Positions 1 through 11,824 are shown, counted from the whole stretch's first letter. The stretch: 63,736 nt of DNA, filler included, from Hyphochytrium catenoides (GCA_900088475.1; 12 parts of 12 records of this genome joined end to end with filler, not necessarily neighbours in it); one strand, 5' to 3'. Notes: generated by a model not told the origin, from the letters alone. Made by a program: numbers and translations.

Positions 1-592
1 TTCTGCAGTCAAGACAGTGTTACACCTCTTGCACTCCGAGTTTGCTCCTCCTCAAGCACACCTCAATGCCAGCCTAATGATTCAGCCAAAAAAAAAGGAA
101 TTGTCCACAATTTCTTAGAGACAGACTGGAAAGTAGTGGCCCAGACTTGGCCACAATGTACTGGGTCAGTGACAATAGGTCACAAGATCTCTCTAGAAGA
201 TCTCTCAGCGGTGTAGAAAAGTGTACTAGCTAAGGCCTATGTGGATGACTCCCCTAAGAACATGGCAGACCTAGGACGACATCTTTGCCGGCCCCCTCCC
301 TGCCTAAAGCGGAATCTTGACGCTGCAAATAGTTCCAGCTACTGGCTTCCCTGTGCTGGTTTTCGCGCTCTACATAATGGCACAAGTTTAGACTTTCTGA
401 TGTTCCAGGACTTTCGGCGGTGGTTGATCTACAGAAAGAATGAACAGGAAATTTTATGTCGAGTCCAAGCAACAACTTGGAAGTGCACCCTTATCTAATA
501 GCAGTCCTCTGTACAAATGTGTCATACTCCTTCTCGTATCGAAAGTTGACAATAGGATTCCAGCCAATGGAACTCTGTCGACGTGTCAACTG

Positions 593-1733
593 TCATAGGC
601 TCTGTGGAGAAGCGCTTGATAAGAGCAACTTCAAGTTCTCTATGAAGTCCTTCTCATCACCAGATAGACCATATACTTTAAGAGCAGCGAGAAGCCTAGC
701 GTCCATCTCCATGGCCCGCTTCTTTAGCTACAAAGCGCATTAGGCTAAGCCCGGCCGGCCATAGACATTGATGGTTCCTACCTCGCTCTTTTCGTTCTCC
801 TTCAGAAGCCCCTTCTCACTTAGGGAAGAGATGCGTGACAGTGCCTCGGTAAGTTCTATAGCAGGACATTCTTAGATTGCCTGTGGATGCAGTCGCAGGA
901 CTCGCAAAAGGACCCTTACCAGATAGCTCCCCGTTACCACCTGGTGATACTACTCGTACCGCTCTTAAAGGCTCAGAGGCTTCAATCTTGAGGTCAACAC
1001 CAGTACTCCCAAATCCTCCAGCTCCTCTATCAAAGCATATCATGAGACGCGGAAGCCATTTTCAGAGAAGAAGTGGTGTAAGCACCTTTTTGTTTCGGCT
1101 AGCTCCTCGACTTCTTGTACTTCAGCCATATAAATCTGCTCCAGGATGAGCTGAGCAACGCGATCGCCTTTTTTGACTGTAAAGATCCGAGCAAGTCAGC
1201 AGATGGAAGCTACAAAAACGACCAGCGGTAATTTTAACCTTCAAAGTCCTCTGCAGCGTGGTTGAACAGCACCACTCCAACATTACCCCTGTAATCAGCA
1301 TCTAGAAGCCATTGCGTTTGTCAGATAGCATTGTTCTTTTTGCCATTGGTGCAAACAAGCCAACTTACCAATAACACCAGCCCCTACGTCTATGTGCTTC
1401 TTCCATGCTAAGCCCGAACGAGGAGCTGCAGTATGACTTTAGCACAGAATCTTATGCATCATTTTGCTCTGAAGCTTCAACTTTCAACTCACCTACACGA
1501 CCATAACACCCAGGAGGGATTGCAATTGCTAAATCTGTCTTTACAAGTGCTTTGCCTCTGGCGGGAACTACTGTCTCCTCTGCACTATGAAGGAATCAAT
1601 ATGGCGGTGACATATCATATGTAGCTCTACTTTGCGTGTACCTAGCGAGATCGAATCCAGCAGCTAGAGCCGACCCTCTAACTGGGAGTACTGCGTTCTT
1701 GGAGAGTTTCTTAACTTGCAGGATGTGGTTCAT
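593..1733 (-). CDS. DUT: dUTP diphosphatase (dUTPase), multi-exon, with C-terminal extension
   Basis: Spliced at GT-AG introns: MNHILQVKKLSKNAVLPVRGSALAAGFDLAS / AEETVVPARGKALVKTDLAIAIPPGVMGRV / APRSGLAWKKHIDVGAGVI / DADYRGNVGVVLFNH / VKKGDRVAQLILE / RGAGGFGSTG. All five trimeric dUTPase motifs are present. Two more in-phase exons end at TGA 595-593. Confidence 0.93.
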
Positions 1734-2425
1734 TATGTCCGGCGCGGAGACAGCTGTACTATGATCAGAAAATTTTGGATGAACGAAGCTCTGTTGGAAG
1801 CTCTGGCGGATTGGAATGCTGGAAAGATCTCTGAGAAGCTTGCTTCACTCAGAGCTCAGAGCTTGATGGAGAGGAGGTAGGTCGAGATGTGGGAGGCTCA
1901 CAGAGTGAGAAGCAAAGGCCAGGACGTGCTTCTGATTGCTCTGATTCAGTGGAAAAATGGCGGGAAAGTGAGCAATCTTGGTTATCAATAAAAGTAGGTA
2001 TCTGATTCTACAGATGATTTACAGGGATTGACGGCTTTATTTCAAGCACAGGGTTTCCAGTGAATGTTTCCTTCAACCGCAAGATCATAGTGTCCTATTA
2101 GCAGTTTTTGAAACCTTTGCAGCTTCAACTTGGCTTTCGGCCACGTATCTTTCAGCGGAAAGTGGAGGAACATCTTCACATCTTCTTTCAGGTCTTTGAG
2201 CCAAGGCTGTCTGCCATCTCCAGCCTGTCTGTTGGAGGCAGTTTTGGCGGCAGCACTTGAAGGCCACAGCTGTCGCTCTCTTCAAGCTAACGCCTTCCCT
2301 CATCGTCAGTTTGCTTCTTGCTTCGTGGTGCAGTATCGCTCTTCTGACGTCGCTGCAAAGCCAAGTCCATATCCTCCCAGCGCAAATCCTGATAGAACCA
2401 GGCCAGCCAAGTTGGGACGCAGAAG

Positions 2426-3034
2426 ATGGTACTCGACAGCAGAGTTGAAGTTAGATTTCATGACAAGTACGGCTCCTACTCTCGGGGGTTGTTCGTCAAC
2501 GCCCCAGTGAAGAAGGGCGAGTGGCTGTGGAAGTACGATGCTGACAAGGGTGAAGAGTACCCCACGTGGTCAAAAGAACAGATACTTGCGACCCAGGACC
2601 CGAAGAAGAAGGAGCTCCTTCACGTTTACAGCTTCATGCTGGATGACGGGGTGTACTGTACTACCACTGAGCCAGAGAGCGATCCGTCATGGTACTTCAA
2701 CCACACTTGCGAGCCAACAGTGTGGCATACGGACGATTACACATTAGTTGCTGCTAGAGACCTCGAGCCAGGGGAGGAAATTGCCTACGACTATGGCTTT
2801 ACAGAGACGGAGGAATCCCTCCATGCTGGGATGGTGTGCATGTGCAAGTCCAGCCTCTGCCGAGGAAAGCTGCTCTTTGACCAATACAAAGACCCAGCAT
2901 GGCAGGCCATGTACGACGGTAAAGTGACAAGCTACATCCAAAGAAAAATAGATGAGCGCCGTTCTCAAGGATCAAAGCTGCTGAGTCCAGAACAAGAGGC
3001 TCAGAGCACACCGGCAGCTATCGGAGCTAATTAG
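2426..3034 (+). CDS. Single-domain SET + post-SET lysine methyltransferase, intronless
   Basis: RGLFVNAPVKKGE, YFNHTCEPT, AARDLEPGEEIAYDY and post-SET CMCKSSLCRG motifs in a 202-aa ORF. Confidence 0.9.
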   Translation: MVLDSRVEVRFHDKYGSYSRGLFVNAPVKKGEWLWKYDADKGEEYPTWSKEQILATQDPKKKELLHVYSFMLDDGVYCTTTEPESDPSWYFNHTCEPTVWHTDDYTLVAARDLEPGEEIAYDYGFTETEESLHAGMVCMCKSSLCRGKLLFDQYKDPAWQAMYDGKVTSYIQRKIDERRSQGSKLLSPEQEAQSTPAAIGAN

Positions 3035-3209
3035 TCTACATTGGCCCCTCGGGTTGACAGTATGGCATGCAAGCAATCTCTGTTAGTGTCACCGTAATCA
3101 ACGCATAATAATGTCTCAGCAAGTTAGCTGTGAACTTAGGCTATGACCTTAACATATGAAGGTAGCCAGTCCATCCTCTAGGGCCAGAACGAGGGGTGTT
3201 CGTGTAGGC

Positions 3210-5983
3210 CTACTTCGTCTTTTGTTTCTTCTTGTTTTGCCTTGAAGATGACTGGCCATCACGGTATCCTTCATCTGAGAAGGACTGGATTGAGTAGTCA
3301 TCAGCTACCTCGTCTTCGGTTTCAGAAGAGGTTTCCTAGGCAAACATTGTTAGATCTCAAGCGTGGATAACAGATCGCGCCATACAGTCACCTCCGCTCG
3401 CTGGGCTTTCCAAACAGTGGGAGGTCTGGGTGTTGGCTCTTTACGTTTGCTTGAAACGCTGCTTCGAGGGGTCCCCATTTCAGTAACCTCCTTGGCAGCC
3501 AAATGCGTAAGCATTTGCAGTTTGGAGAAGCGCTTGTCTCTGTGGGTGTCTTCTCTCCGGTTGGTCTTGTCGGTCCCTTTCGCAGAACTCTTCAACGAGG
3601 GACGAACTATAAGGCACGCATCGCTAAAGGGAAATCTTCTCATACTCACCTCTCTTCTGCGGACGGAGTTCCTGCTGATGGTGGTGCGCCGGTAACAGCG
3701 TACGTCGTTTTTGATTAGGGGGAGCATCAAGAATTTTGAGACAACTCCGATAACCAGTCAAGCACTGTGCGTTTGGTACTTCACTCATACCTTGAACCCT
3801 TGTTAGGGCTATTAGAGATCCTCTTCCCCGTCCTAGGAGCCTGATTAATCTTAGCAGCGCCAGAAAGGGTGTTACTGGCTCGCAGTCTGGGTACTGGGCT
3901 GGAACCCGTGGCCTCTGACAACTCCAGTTTCAGGAGTTCCAGTGCTGATGGCAAGCCGCATCGACTTGTAGGAAGTCCTCGAGGTGTCAAGGTCCACAGA
4001 CCCTAAAGTCATAGTTAGGAATGATCGCTACCCACATAATAGGTACATAATCTAGATGTCGCGTACATTGTCCGAGCCCTGGGGCCGGAAGAAGATGGCA
4101 TTGCCCTTTAAAACGTCAAGGATCTCTTCATTAAGATCTCGTTTTGCTTGTGTTCCTGAGAGATCTTCCAGATGGCTTCTGATGAAGGGCACGATCTCAT
4201 CCTCCAGTGAGAAGAAACGCTCCCCATGCTCGCCTTTTCGAAGCAGCAGATTGCACAAGACGATTCTTGTGATTGTAAGCCAGCTCTGGGTGTTTCTATG
4301 GAAAAACTCGGTGGGGTTGTCATTCAACGCCCTAACGTTACAGGGCGCACAACGAAAAGTGTATCCGATATCTCCAACCAGGAGCGGCTTCTCCAACCAG
4401 TCGATACACTCTGCAACCGAGACACAAAGACATGTGAGAAGAGGCAAAAGACAATAGGGATCCAGAGAAGTTTGTCGGCGATGCATACCGAAATGAAAGA
4501 GCTGGAGGCACCTCCCACACTTCAGCATTGGCTTAACACTCACGTCCTCGTCGGACTTGCCATGCCCACAGTAGCAATACACGTCCTGGTCGTTCTCAGT
4601 ATGATCTTCATTCCAGGTAAGGGACTATGGATTGCAGATTATAGGCCTCTCGATCAGATATTCATATGCCAAAATATTCTCCAGATGGTGAGAACTCACC
4701 GTGAGGTCGTAGGGAAGGACTTTCTTCGGCTTGGCTTTGATAAGCTGTTTTTCTCTCTCCCATTGATCACGTAGAGTCTCCCACTCATAGTGTACTTCAT
4801 CGTCATCATACTTCAGTTGCTTGGCAGACCAGAGCAGACTTTCCGCCTCCACCTCCTAAGGATGTATTACGTGATTGAAGATCAGTAGTCTGACACCCTG
4901 TATGTGAAGAATTGGACCAGCGTAGCCTCACCATATGCGATTCCTCGGCCTCTATCATTGCCTTCTCTTTTCTCTTGTCCTTTAGAGTCTTTTTGCCTTT
5001 CGCTCCACCTGCAGAACACAAAGAGCCGTCAGGAATGACTCATATGTTCCTTTATTGTTTGGAAACAGGCACTTGAAAAATAGCACCACACACTGTGGCA
5101 GATGCTCTCCCAATTCTTCTCCTCACCTGTTTTTTTCCCTGTTCCTTTGCTTTCCGCCTTCCTTTTCAACTCTGGGGTGGCCTTCTTCTTGCTTTTGGTT
5201 TTGACCACAGGACTATGTGACTTTGATTTTTTCTTACCCATGGAAGGGCCTTTTGCTTTAGGGGAAGGCACTTTTCGACCGGAGGTACCCTTGGCAGCGA
5301 GCCTGGTCTTTGCCTTTGGTGATAACGCGTTGCTCTCGGACAGCGGAGTCCGCTTGGGGCAGGTTCTTCTGTCGTGGGTCTTACTGCCACAAAGAGCACA
5401 AGTGCGTCCAGACTGAACAATGAGTCCTAACAAGATAGCAAGTGCAAGAGGCTTGGAATTAGAGCTCCGTTATGGACATTCTGAACAATATGACGAGGCG
5501 TGGAGGGAATTTATTTACCATTGGCATCAATTCGCGGCTGGGGACAGTTTCTCCGGTCATGGCCGCTCTCACGACAGTTCGTGCAGCGCCTTACATCATT
5601 CTCTACAGCTCTGTAACACAAAGCACGAAAGGTGCAAAACAGAGCTTGTCAGATCACGAAAAGGAAGGCTATGCTACGATACTAGAGTTTAGTAAGGAAG
5701 GGTGCGGGGATCAATGCAGGATAACTTACGGGAGAGACTTCTGGGAGTAGTCCACAACCCACTTTGCCATGCGAGCAACTAGCTTAGAGTTGTACTTGAT
5801 CTCGATGCTGCTCTTAATCTGTCTCATTTTGCCACTCGCTGGACCTGCTGGGGACGACAATAAGTGGTCTCCTTGTTTCCCGAGGGCGACTGGAGTCTTC
5901 ACCACCGGAGAGAAAGCTTCTAAGTGGTCCCCATCAGGGTCCGAAGGACAAGCCTTATTAGGTTTCGCAATGGGTGACGCCAT
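3210..5983 (-). CDS. Chromatin protein with two CCHC zinc knuckles and an ASH2/PCL-like PHD-winged-helix module (multi-exon)
   Basis: Exons encode CTNCRESGHDRRNC and CALCGSKTHDRRTC (CX2CX4HX4C), a Lys-rich linker, then YCYCG...MLKCGRCLQLFHF/ECI...YTFRCAPC...SWLTITRIVLCNL...FFSLEDEIVPFI, which parallels the ASH2L N-terminus. The 3' exon structure is approximate. Confidence 0.75.
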
Positions 5984-6049
5984 TTATTCCTAACGAAGCA
6001 GGAGAAGAGAAACATGGAGGTTAGCTGGGCACGGAGGGACTGTCAGAGT

Positions 6050-8550
6050 CTGCAAGGGCCACGAGCGATACATTTCATCCATCACCAGAAAAACAGCAGG
6101 CAGCAGAAGAAGAGAAAGAGTAGTGTTGCAGAAGAACTAGTGTTGCAGAACGAGTATCGCCTGGTGATTAGCCTATGTCATACAGATGGTAAAACTGATG
6201 CCGTCTTGCTGTCAGGAGGACTTACTTGCTCCACGAGGAGTGATGACGAAAAGCCTTGATTGGCAGAAGAGGCCACCCAGAAGAATCTTTCCCCCTGGAG
6301 CTCTTCGGTCGCAAACAAGAAGGGGCGTTTAGTTGATGGCTGTTGACAGTAGGGTGGTCGACGACGAGAGTGTTATAAGTACTATGTACTAGTCGGTTGA
6401 CTAGCGGCTAAGACACTTGATGACTTATGACCGCCGCTCGTGGCCTTTTACAGATCAAAGGCTCCCATAAACCCTTCTTAGTCTGAGCGACTGAATGATG
6501 GCCTGTCTCAATTTGCTTGACAAATGCTTTCTTTGAGTGAACTTTGCTGCTTCCGCAGCAGTTAAACAGGCGCACTAGTGACAAAGCACTTCCACACACG
6601 CAATAGCAGATGTGAGCAGTCACGTGGTACTGTAGTAGTACGGTAGAAAAGCACTATCACTAGAGAATGCAGTGAGTACGACTTTTGTACTCTCTGTACC
6701 TACCTGTAGGAAGTTCCAGAGGCTGTCCTCCCTCAAGCACATGTTCCTGGTCCACATAGTGTTTTTGAAGACACTAACATCCCAGTACATTTTCAAAAGC
6801 ACAAAAGTAGTATTGCCAGAGGTGTGCCCCACATAACACGTTTCTTCTGCAGATCGCCGGTGGCAGTAGTAATATCAAGAAGGTGCCATTACAAAGAATG
6901 AAAAAACTTCTCCCACGTGGTTCCAAAGCTGATGTATGGATTAGCTAGAACTAGAACTAAACCATCGAGTTCTACTATACCCAAACCCCTGGAATAGCTG
7001 TAGCCTTGAGGAACAACAGCTTTGACAGGCATGATCAAAGAACTACTGGCTGTTTCACTCCCTGTTCACACAACAACCATCCTGACTCGTATTGTACTGG
7101 GGCAGTTTTTGTACCAGTACCACCATAATATCGCATACTACTTGTACTACTACAACCACTAGTGCCACCCACGCCGCCGAGTAGGATGGGCAAATCTGCA
7201 GAACTATGGGTCATTGGGTCATCACACATCAAGTGACTGCTCTACCACGTCTCTCTTGTTTCCTACCCTATTTGTAAGACAGATTAGTTCTAGTTGTACA
7301 AGTCTCAAGAAATAAGCAAGCGTCTGCTGTCTGCTGCTGGTGCAGCGCACGCAGGCCACCGCAGCTCAACTAAACATTTACTGTTATAGGAGTAGGAGAA
7401 GAGGTCATCATCCCTACTTATCTTCAGTTAAAGTCTCACCACCAACGCCACCTATCAGTGCCTGATGGAACATCGTGTGGGACTTTCACATTTCTTGGCT
7501 ACATTGATCAACAACGGGGCAAGCTGACAGGCATTGCCTGGCAGCTAGTATACCAGTTTTCACAAGTCACAAGATCTATGCCACAAAGCTTCATCGTACT
7601 TGTACGACCACAACGCTGGCACTTACACGTGCTTCAGAGGCATTGGCTAGGGGAAGTTGGACAGATAGACCACATTCGTAGATCTTCTTTCTTCCCTCCC
7701 CCCACTTTCTCGCTTGTACCTTATTCTTCTTTCTCTCGTCTCTTATAACCCTCTAGGAACTAGGTACCATGAGCAGGACTCTTAACGACGGTGAAGGTAG
7801 CATTATTCTTCACTACTCACTTCACCAATTCAACGGTATCATCACAACTGTCAATCATAGCATTAGACCTTACTAAAGAAGGTATTCTACAACTTCCCAT
7901 TAGCAAGAACCTTCGCCTACTCTGTGCACTCACTTGAATAGTAGATCCTTACTCTTCTTACAGTGTCTGCTGCTGATGACAGAGGAGAACGCACTTATAG
8001 GGAGGACTAGTAGCCAACAATAAGGCTTGTTGCAATTATTATTACGGGTCTTCCTAGTAGTAGGGACACTTTCTTGTTGTAGTTAGTGGAGGACCTCTAT
8101 TATGGCATGGATTAGGTCTCTCTGCTCCCACCACCGCCTTCTACTTCTGCTCCTGCAGCTCCTTGCACTATGCAACTCGGGGTTACCCTCTTTTCCAAAG
8201 CCCTTGGCGTTTATCCAACAGCAGTGGTGTTGTCAGGGGACACCTGACTGGATGGCAACACGACTCTATGGTAGTGTAGTCTGCTTTGATGACTTACTAA
8301 ACAAGACTCTTGGCCAAGTTCAGATGGGCAAGATCACGGAGCGCTAGTGGCCTTCCTGCTCTACATCCTGAAGTAACCGAGCGGTCTACCTCTGGTTCTC
8401 GCTCAGTTCCGTTCGGGCCTATGGACATCTTCCGTGACATACATGGAAGCATTGTGTCGTAAACCGTCCTCTTCTACTGTCCGACGCCGCCACAGCTAGA
8501 GTACCCATCTGGCCGCCCACGACGGCAACGTTTGGCAGATTAAGGATAGG
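6050..8550. other. Decayed, unidentifiable insertion (probable mobile-element relic)
   Basis: About 2.5 kb between two host genes, with short stop-riddled Cys-rich frames on the minus strand and visibly frequent TAG/CTA/TAC/GTA. No family could be assigned. Confidence 0.3.
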
Positions 8551-8603
8551 ACAGAAACCTCCGTGTGTAAAAACGTTTTACGCCGGAACAGCTGGGCATC
8601 AGC

Positions 8604-10259
8604 TCAAACAGCACCTCCTGTTAGAAAGTCCTCAATTTCGTCTTGCGATATCTGAGAAAATGACTCTTCATCTACTAGCGGCAGACCCTTCAGCTTCAAC
8701 TTCAGATTATAACGATGCCATTGTGACCGAAAGTGCTCGCGATGTTCATTCTTGTCTCCAAAGCGACCCCCACATGTTGTACAAGTCAGTCCACCTCTCG
8801 CTACTTTGGGTGCAATCGTGGGAGAACGCTTGGTAGGCGACGCAGATGAAGATGTTGACAACGTTTTCCCAGCAGTCTGCAGTCTTTGAGAGTCAGTAGC
8901 GGTCCAGAAAAGAGATTGAGAAAGTCAATAAGGCTTGCAGACTAACCTCTTCCGTCACGACACTTGGCGAGCCATTGCCATCATCCCCTGCAATATGCTT
9001 CCTGTGAATGCAATTGAAAGTCCGGTACATGGTGATGTTCCACTTACTTTCTAGTTTCTTTGCTTTCCGTTCTTTGCGAAGCAGCTCGCTGTCAACATCA
9101 TCCTCGCCCTCACGTTGGACACTGAACTCCAGGATATCAAGCTTTCCTTGTCCTACACACTTCCTAAGTCATGCTTTTGGCCGTCACTATGTCGATTATT
9201 GCCCTCACCTCCGCTCTCTGACCTCACGATCTCCTCTACCTTCCGGTATGATCCAGGGTCTACGAGAAAGACTATTCGGAGAAGGCCACCGCTGGACTGA
9301 TGTCGGATATCTGCGTTTTGTTCTGCAAGCTGCTGCTTGATTCTTTCACACCCTACATTGAAGACAGTAACTGATAGGAAGTCCATGTACAACCCAGGTC
9401 TACAGGTAGAACCTGGATGTTCCGCCGGCAGCTCGACCGCCAGTTGCATCTTCGCTCTGGCAATAGGCATATGTCCCATCAGCGTCTTGATTACTTCTAG
9501 AGCCTGCAAGGGAATACTTTAGCTCTTACAAGGCATAATAGTAATGTAAGAATTTATACCTGTTGTTTTGCGCTACGGTTCTGCACGGGAGCGAAGTGAA
9601 TGTCCTTCATGGCCCGTTCTATCAAGCCCACCTTATCCGACAAAGGAAGGTTAGTTAGAGTTGCAGGTAGTAGGCAAAGAACAACGCATTGGGTACCGGA
9701 TAGGGCCGATTTGACTCAGGGTTGACTGTTTTCTCTGCCACAATAGTTGCAATATCTCGGTAAATGCTGGATGGAACCATTTAGACAGAAATACAAGGGG
9801 AAACTACGGTTACTCTTTACCTTTCTTGAGCTGTCTGTCTCTCCTTATCAGAGACCTGGAGTTCTCCTTGCTCCAGAATAATTTTGGAGACCGCCTCGTG
9901 GTCGTCTGTTCCGAAGACGTCAATCAGGTCTTTGGCGTTCGCTACCTTTCCCTGCTCCGCTACTCGTAAGTGGACCGTCTCACGAAGGACATAAGGGACG
10001 CTGTCACCTTGGAGACATTCGTAAAAACTCGATCTATCTGGAGAACTTCGCTGATGTCTGTTTCTACCCTATTGCGCCAGTTGACGATTTTGTTCCTATA
10101 GCAGGCGATCTCAAACCTCTTTCCTGATGGATTCAGTTGTAAGCCAGCGTCTTGATGCCACCGAGTTATCTCGAGAGAGTTACCTTTCTTCTTAAATTTG
10201 ACAATGGCGACATTGGTGAGTCGCACTTGAGTCACAGGCTGACCAATACGCTTCGACAT
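8604..10259 (-). CDS. SBDS: Ribosome maturation factor SBDS/Sdo1 with C-terminal C2H2 zinc finger (multi-exon)
   Basis: [16 protein letters not shown] / [11 protein letters not shown]...[33 protein letters not shown]...[19 protein letters not shown]; C-terminal CTTCGGRF...[15 protein letters not shown]. Confidence 0.95.
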
Positions 10260-10808
10260 GTTGGGCTTCTATGGCTTCTCCTACTGCTCGTCGCGCTCCA
10301 AAAGGACGAGCGACATAAACTATACTAAGCTAGCACGACAACAAACCACTAATGGTGGAGCTTCACGCGGCTACTTACAGAGAACCCCTTCCTTTGTTCT
10401 TATAGCACCGCCAATCAGGATATAACAAGAAGCCACCAACACACAGCGAGTGAGTGAACAGATGCCGCTCGTAGAGGAGCAAGCAGGCCGCAAGCACCAA
10501 ACAGGTGGAGATGACAGGAACAGAGCGCCAACACCTTTAGTGAACTTTCTGATCATTTGCAGCACGGTGTTGGGCTCTTCCACAGTTCGCAAACTTGACT
10601 GCGCCCTTCGTAGTCTATCACCAAGTCTTGTACTCGTAGGTCTTGAATGGAACTGTGGCGGTGTACTACCCTGTAGTTTGGATACAACACGCACAAAGTG
10701 CTCCCAAAGCTGTAACAAATACTGTAACGAGGTGTGTAGACTACTTGTACAAGTACATGTAGGAAAAAACTACGGAGTACTCATCACTACCAAAAGAATC
10801 AAAAGTGT

Positions 10809-10813
10809 AAAAA
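10809..10813 (-). terminator. Pol III terminator (T5) of the tRNA gene
   Basis: TTTTT lies 3 nt downstream of the discriminator base and is conserved in copy 2. Confidence 0.55.
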
Positions 10814-10816
10814 GAG

Positions 10817-10889
10817 CACCGTTGCGGGGGCTCGAACCCCGGACCACCAGCTTAAAAGGCTGGCGCTCTACCGACTGAGCTACACCGGT
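10817..10889 (-). tRNA. trnK-UUU: tRNA-Lys(UUU), 73 nt, one acceptor-stem mismatch
   Basis: ACCGGTG TA GCTC AGTCGGTA GAGC G CCAGC CT TTT AA GCTGG TGGTC CGGGG TTCGAGC CCCCG CAACGGT G folds into a cloverleaf with A and B boxes. Confidence 0.88.
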
Positions 10890-11824
10890 TTGCTCGATAC
10901 TGGAGGAAGTATCAATATAATATAAAGTGGAAATCCCAATATAGTTCAAGGGCTTTTTTCTGGGTACCTTTACTGGGTTTGTTGGGTGGGTTCGTACCGC
11001 GTAACAATATACTTCTAAAACAATTCACTTGCCGTCATAGCCCAATTATGGGCATTTAAAGAAGATCCTGGTCTCTGGCTTGATGCTGAGATCTGAACAT
11101 CAGCTTGGAGCTTGGAGGTGAGTTTCCTTCTTCCTATCTACGAGTTCTATTGTTGCTTCGTGGTCAAGGCCTGCTGGATCTGCTGCATCTGCTGAAGTTT
11201 AAGGCGATGTGAAGCATGCCAGTTCGATTTATACTTCAGAGCTCAATGCATCTCTCTCTAGCGGTGAGGCAGTCGTAGAAAGGAATAACGCCACCCAGCG
11301 AGCTTTGGATATCTTATGCTCTGGAGGAATCGGGCATTGGCCTACTGTCTGCCCTCCAGGAGCACAGGCTCAAATATCCTGCTTTACAGATCTCCGCGTT
11401 CGCCCATCTTTCGGCCGCTAGTATCAATCCATAGCATGACGGGGAAGCGTACCCGCTCAAGCGCTACCTCTAAAAGCGTATCACCTAAAACGTCAGATGG
11501 CACCGCCTTATCATCAAAGACTTCCAGAAGCAGAAGAACGCGTGGTCAAAGCAAGACCATGGATAAGGGGTCAGAAGGGCAAGGTACAAACTCATCATAA
11601 AGAAGAGAGGGAAAGGGGTATAGATATAGGGAGAGACCCACCGATAGTAATAGGGAGCTATGATAATTTTAGATCTGAGCCTTACGGAAGAGGAACAAAG
11701 TCATGAAAACTGAATCCTTATCATTGTTGGGTCTCTCTAAGGCAAGAGTAAGGTCGCAAGGGTTGCAGAAGAAGATCCTAAAACGCCGCACAAGCGATAC
11801 TGGCTTTTCAAAAGCGAACCGGAC

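Larger units (their letters stand above)
10670..11824. repeat. Dispersed repeat carrying tRNA-Lys, copy 1 (truncated at contig end)
   Basis: Colinear and highly similar to 60001-61145. Similarity starts at CCTGTAGT with different left flanks, and both copies end at ...AAAGCGAACCGGAC. Confidence 0.92.

Noticed and set aside
1-500. Short ORFs at the window start
   Set aside because: No recognisable motif and stops in all frames; could not be assigned.
7490-7640. Cys cluster plus INVAKK on the minus strand resembling a Fanzor/TnpB zinc finger and RuvC-III
   Set aside because: The pieces are in different frames, the spacing does not fit TSxxCxxC...DxNAA, and no RuvC-I motif was found.
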